The notes below the pieces were generated by a model. It saw only the letters and a program-made list of their open reading frames with translations. It was not told where the DNA came from and did no database searches. A program made the position numbers and the translations under genes. A DNA stretch of 64,000 nucleotides from the human T2T-CHM13v2.0 reference genome, Homo sapiens. Shown here piece after piece: positions 59,044 to 64,000 of the stretch (the stretch's first letter is position 1; every line of letters starts with the position of its first letter). Location of the stretch: assembly GCF_009914755.1 (NCBI RefSeq), contig NC_060931.1; one strand, 5' to 3'.

Positions 59044-60124
59044 TACATAGACAGCTTCATTTGGAAATGAAAACCTAGTAAACTTTCCCTAGCTCTCCCT
59101 TAAAACAGAGCTGCTTCAGACTAGTTTTACATTCCTGTTTTTACCTAAACATGCACAAATATAACTCCAATTTCTAAGTATTTTTTGCCATATTTAATTC
59201 TGCTTATTGATTCCTGTTCTAGATTGCTTTTCAGTGTCTCTCCACACATTTTCTCCCCATAATCATCCCCCTATCTTACTCACTTTTCCTTCCCCAAGTG
59301 AAAATACAGCACAGCCAGTATAGAAGCATCTGTAACCCACAGTGAAGTGGGAATAGCCATTTGGTTCCTTTCCTCCTGGTATTGAGCAACTTTTGTTCAT
59401 CAAATCTGAAAAACAATATCCAGCTTACCTGGGCATCCTTCTTAGAAAGGTAATGGAGATTGGGGCATAAGAAGAAAGAAAATATCTTTTGAATGTGCAG
59501 GATTTTCAAGAGAGAAAAAAAAAATATGCTAGGGAAAGAAATTAAGGCAGAACTGATAGTGTTAGAAAAGGTACACTTGAATTTTTTGTTTTAAAATAGT
59601 TCAAGTTCAGATAATAATTTGCCATCTTCAACTTTAGCACTTGAACTAAAATACCGCTTTAGCACTTTAACCTGTAGCATAAAAACAATTTAACAAAACA
59701 ACTTTGGCAGATTCTGCTTAGTTGCCTGTGGTTTCTAGCTGGGTTTCCTGCAATTGCCTGGCAGTTCCTCTCTGTTCTGACCAGATTTCTGGGTAACTGG
59801 CCTCTCTTCCCCTCTGGGATTCATGAATCCTGTCTACCAGGAGTTATCACACAAACAGTTAGTTTTAGACCAATCATTGGTTGTAAATATATGTTTTAAA
59901 TATAAAAGCAATATTGTACAATTATGTTACCTACAGTTTTTAGAATAATGAAAACATTCTTAAAAATACTGATAATTCAGCTAGTATAACATGAACAAGT
60001 GTATCATTTTGGTTTATAAATTATTTAATCGATTCAAAATAATATGACTTTTCCATAATTGTAAGTAGAGTTAACACAAAACATTGTCCTACTTTCTCAT
60101 CCAAACATTTTTATAAGACAAGTA

Positions 60125-60205
60125 TTAGGTTGGTGTAAAAGTAATTGCAGTTTTTTGCAATTACTTTTAATGGCAAAAACTGAAATTATGTTTGTACCAA
60201 CCCAA
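60125..60205. mobile_element. MADE1 (Hsmar1-derived ~80-bp palindromic MITE)
   Basis: TA|ttaggttggtgtaaaagtaattgcagttttttgcaattacttttaatggcaaaaactgaaattatgtttgtaccaacccaa. Confidence 0.95.
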
Positions 60206-60226
60206 TCAATATTTCCCTTTTTTTCT

Positions 60227-60535
<309 letters not shown>

Positions 60536-61759
60536 TTCCCCTTTTTTTCTAAAATACTTTTACGTATAACTTTTTTGGATGCCTAATTTTGGTCTAGTAA
60601 CTACACCATATTGTATGAAACATCTCTCTTATGATTAGAGTTTTAGGTTCTTTCATCTTTGTTTTTTTTCTCTCTTTTTCTAGTTATTAAAAATAATATA
60701 GTGATGAAGGACTCTCTTTATACACATAAAGATGTATTGCTTAAAATTACTTATGTGAGATAGGTTCCCAGAAATAATCAGATATATCTTCTTAGATAAA
60801 ATAAACAACTTGGTTACATGCCTGGAAAATAATAATAGAAATATATAAACAATATGTCTATAAGCAATTAAAGGTGTATCAATATGTATAGACCCAGCTT
60901 AGGTATTCTTTCTTACTGAAATCTCCTGATCTCACTATATGTATTTCTTTCTTTCTAAACTTCCGAAGTCTAAGGTCTGGTCCTTTTTTCTTTCACTCCA
61001 GATCTTATTTATCTCTCAGTCTGTTGGAGAGGATTCCACTTTCCTAATCTTCATGTTTTGTTCACCTATTTATTGAGTTCTTTGCTCTATATCTAGAAAA
61101 ACTCCTGAATGCTATCCGATGATTCCTTTCTTGGACCCAAGAGTCATTTGTTCAAAATGTTATTTGAACATCTCTGCAGTAAGTATAGTTGTTCATCAGG
61201 GACAAATAATGTTGCACATTAAAATCTTGTCTCCTTATGTATTGTGTTCTAATGTCTCAAGCTACTGTAACAAATCTCAAAGTGGGGTGACACGTTTAGG
61301 CAAACAAAGAGCCTAAAAACGTATGAACAGCCAATAGAAACAGGAAATTCAAAGTCAATGTGCAGCCTTCTGTGATTCATCAGTTCACCAGGTAAGATCT
61401 TGGATAAAAAAAAAAATCATCCCATTGTTCACACAGTCTCTAGCAGAATGTGGGTAGGCACTTAATAACATTACAATGCAGTTTGAATTCTTGAAACCCT
61501 GCAAAGCATTTATGAGTTAAATGTTAGAGCACTAGGATGCACCATTCCATAGAACAATAGTAAAACTGGCAGAACTGTTTTTCATATGTCAATTAAGACT
61601 GAACTCCGGAGACCATTAAGGAAAAGGATGCTGCTATTCCCCGCAGTTAAAGGAAATCTATTGTGTTTCCTTTGGTCTAGATATATAAGTTCTGCAGAAA
61701 ATGTCTTTCAGTAGGTTAGGATCTGCTAAGATTTGATCCTAAATTATTTTTCAGATAGA

Positions 61760-61975
61760 GATAATAAAATCATAAGAAGAAACACTTTGGATTCTAATGG
61801 AGTGAGTTTGAGTTCTGGCCATATTCAATTGTGTGTCGATGGACAAATTAACCTCATACTTACATCGTACTTACGTCGTGGAATTATTGAGGGGATTAAA
61901 TGAGATGATGTATGTATAATGCTTAGCATTATACTTGGCGCAAAGTTGGTACTCAATAAGTGTTAATACTTATTA
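61760..61975 (+). mobile_element. MIR
   Basis: gagtttgagttctggcc...ggattaaatgagatgatgtatgtataatgcttagca...tactcaataagtgtta. Confidence 0.8.
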
Positions 61976-62064
61976 GTATGATGATTTTGTTAATTTGATG
62001 ACAAAAGGGGATGAATTGTGTTAAAATCAGCAAATATTGAAGAACCAACCTAAAGGTTTTTCCT

Positions 62065-62192
62065 CACTAGATTATCAGCTACATGAAGGCAAGTATGTGT
62101 TGTCTTTTAAAAAATTATTGTTTCTACAATACATAATTCTTGAGTTATAGAAGGCACTCAATGAAGGAAGAGAATGAATGAATGAATGAACA
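62065..62192 (+). mobile_element. L2 3' terminus with (TGAA)n tail
   Basis: actagattatcagctacatgaaggcaag...aggcactcaatgaagg...gaatgaatgaatgaa. Confidence 0.7.
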
Positions 62193-64000
62193 AATTCCTA
62201 ACTTGTGTCTGTCTCTTGGCCTTTGAGTATATAGGTATTTTCACAGCCATAGGAAAATCAGATGCTATAATAATAATTCTACTAGCTTTCTGACATAAAT
62301 CTTTTAATTTCCTTCTTAGGAGGCTAGTTCACATAAATAAAACACTAGAAAAGGAAAATAGCTCTTCCTGGTTCTGTAAGTTCAAAAAATAACCAATTTC
62401 TTAATATGGCAGTAATTCCTTGTATGACTAGCTGGGCTGGGACTGAGACCAAGGACCTTGACACTAATGGGCCGTTTATGAAATTTACATAGCCTGAAGT
62501 CATCCTATCGGAATGTCCTTAGTAACCATCACCATTGTTACAGAAAAGAATTGGGAGGCTTTTTCTTTCTTGCAATGATTTCTTTAGTTTTTTTATGTTG
62601 TGGGTCCTATGGTTGAGATCATGGTTTGGGTATTTACATAAGAGCAAACAGTCCTAGAAGTATGTAATAATTTCTAATGCAGCTCCTTGGTAAAAAGAAT
62701 GCAACAAATGACACAGATCTACAGCACAACATTAGAAAAGGCGCAGATTAAATTTGAAACAAGAGCAACCTAGTGCAAATAAAACCCTTCAGGTAGCAGC
62801 TTTTTGGAGATAATCAAATCCGTTTTTAGACTTCCACATTTTCCTAACTTTATGCCCTCCATAAGGATGTGATTTCTGATATGCGTTTGTGTGCTTTTAC
62901 TTGTTGGTGACTTTTGAAAGAAGTCAGCCCTGGAATGTAGTTGCCTTGCAAAAAAATTCAAGGGAATATTTTGTAGGTTTTGCTGTCTATGCCTTGGAAG
63001 CAAACAAATTATGGTACAGGACTGGAACTTTACCTACTTGTTAATTGGCAGGTTAAACTTTTATGAGTTTCTGGTACCCTGGCGATACATGACTATTAAA
63101 ATTTGCAGGTGGTTCAAGGGGAGAGAGATGTAAGTTCCTGTGCTAGTAATATATCATAAAAGTGTGTATTTCATGTGCCTGTTGTGAAAATGGAGACTTT
63201 AATACTCTTTCACAGTATAAGCTGATTAAGGAATCTTTATGGATCTCATTAACGATGGGCCTTTTTTTCACAGAAAGTGAAAAGTGTAATGCTTATAGAC
63301 AAGCATAGAAGAAAATAATTAGCTTGGTAGTGCCTCTTTGAGACTGAGTTTAGAGCACCCTCTGCATTCCCTTCCCAACCCTCAGAAGCTGCCCTTGTCT
63401 CAGAAATTGCTTCTACCACATGAAATACTGTAAATCTGTCATTTTATTTTTACTTTCAAAAGACCGTGTTTGCTTAATTTTACTTACATTTAATAGATGG
63501 TATGTTTCCTTTTTCGAGTCCATGTTTTCATTAGGAAATACAAAGACATATACTGTGGCTAGTGATGTGATTCCACATAATGAACTAAATTTTGGAAAAA
63601 GTGATAAGGGGATTGTAGTTCTTTGGAAACTCTATTTTCTTATATTTTACATGTAATCTTAGGATGGAAAGCTCCTCAAATATTGGCTAAATTAAACATT
63701 TGCCCGAAAATCTTAGAAGTAGATCTTTGTATCCAGGAGCATAGCTTGTTTTAGCATAGAGAAATAGTGATATGAATTAGCTTTAACTAAGAAAAGGGTA
63801 GTAAAGTGAACAATAGAAAGTATTCGTTTTATTTTAAATTTTTAGTCCATAATTTTTCTTTACCCATTTTTTTTTGGAGAATTTCTGTTTGTTTCTCTTA
63901 GTATCATCATAATCTTAATATAGCACTTTTGGAACACTAGATTGTGATTTAGTTTCTTCACTCTCTTGGTAAATATATAATGTAGTTTGAAGGTACTTCA

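Noticed and set aside
58733-59070. Three overlapping ORFs in a GC-rich patch
   Set aside because: All lie inside MER82, with no transposase similarity.
59425-59530. Minus-strand donor CAG|GTAAGC with upstream pyrimidine tracts
   Set aside because: The acceptor is ambiguous and no supporting chain of minus-strand exons was found.

Overview
AT-rich, CpG-depleted primate (most likely human) nuclear DNA that looks like the inside of a very large intron or a lncRNA locus. I recognise no protein-coding gene, rRNA, tRNA or snRNA, and I cannot name the host gene. The six-frame ORFs are mostly Alu, microsatellite or chance ORFs. The window holds 11 Alus (several with clear target-site duplications), many old MIR, L2 and L1M remnants, two MaLR (MLT1) LTRs, and DNA-transposon fossils (MER5, MER102, Tigger3, MER82, MADE1), plus several microsatellites. 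The most unusual feature seen directly is a complex fold-back rearrangement at 30560-30930: a ~117-bp, ~89% identical inverted repeat with templated copies in its loop, at the edge of an MLT1A LTR. Also notable are several + strand candidate cassette exons that are frame-preserving and open in the same splice phase, a same-orientation CTCF-like motif cluster, a perfect Maf recognition element, and several transposon-derived dsRNA hairpins. Repeat family names come from my recall of consensus sequences, and boundaries of old repeats are approximate. No novel system is proven; the findings are testable hypotheses.
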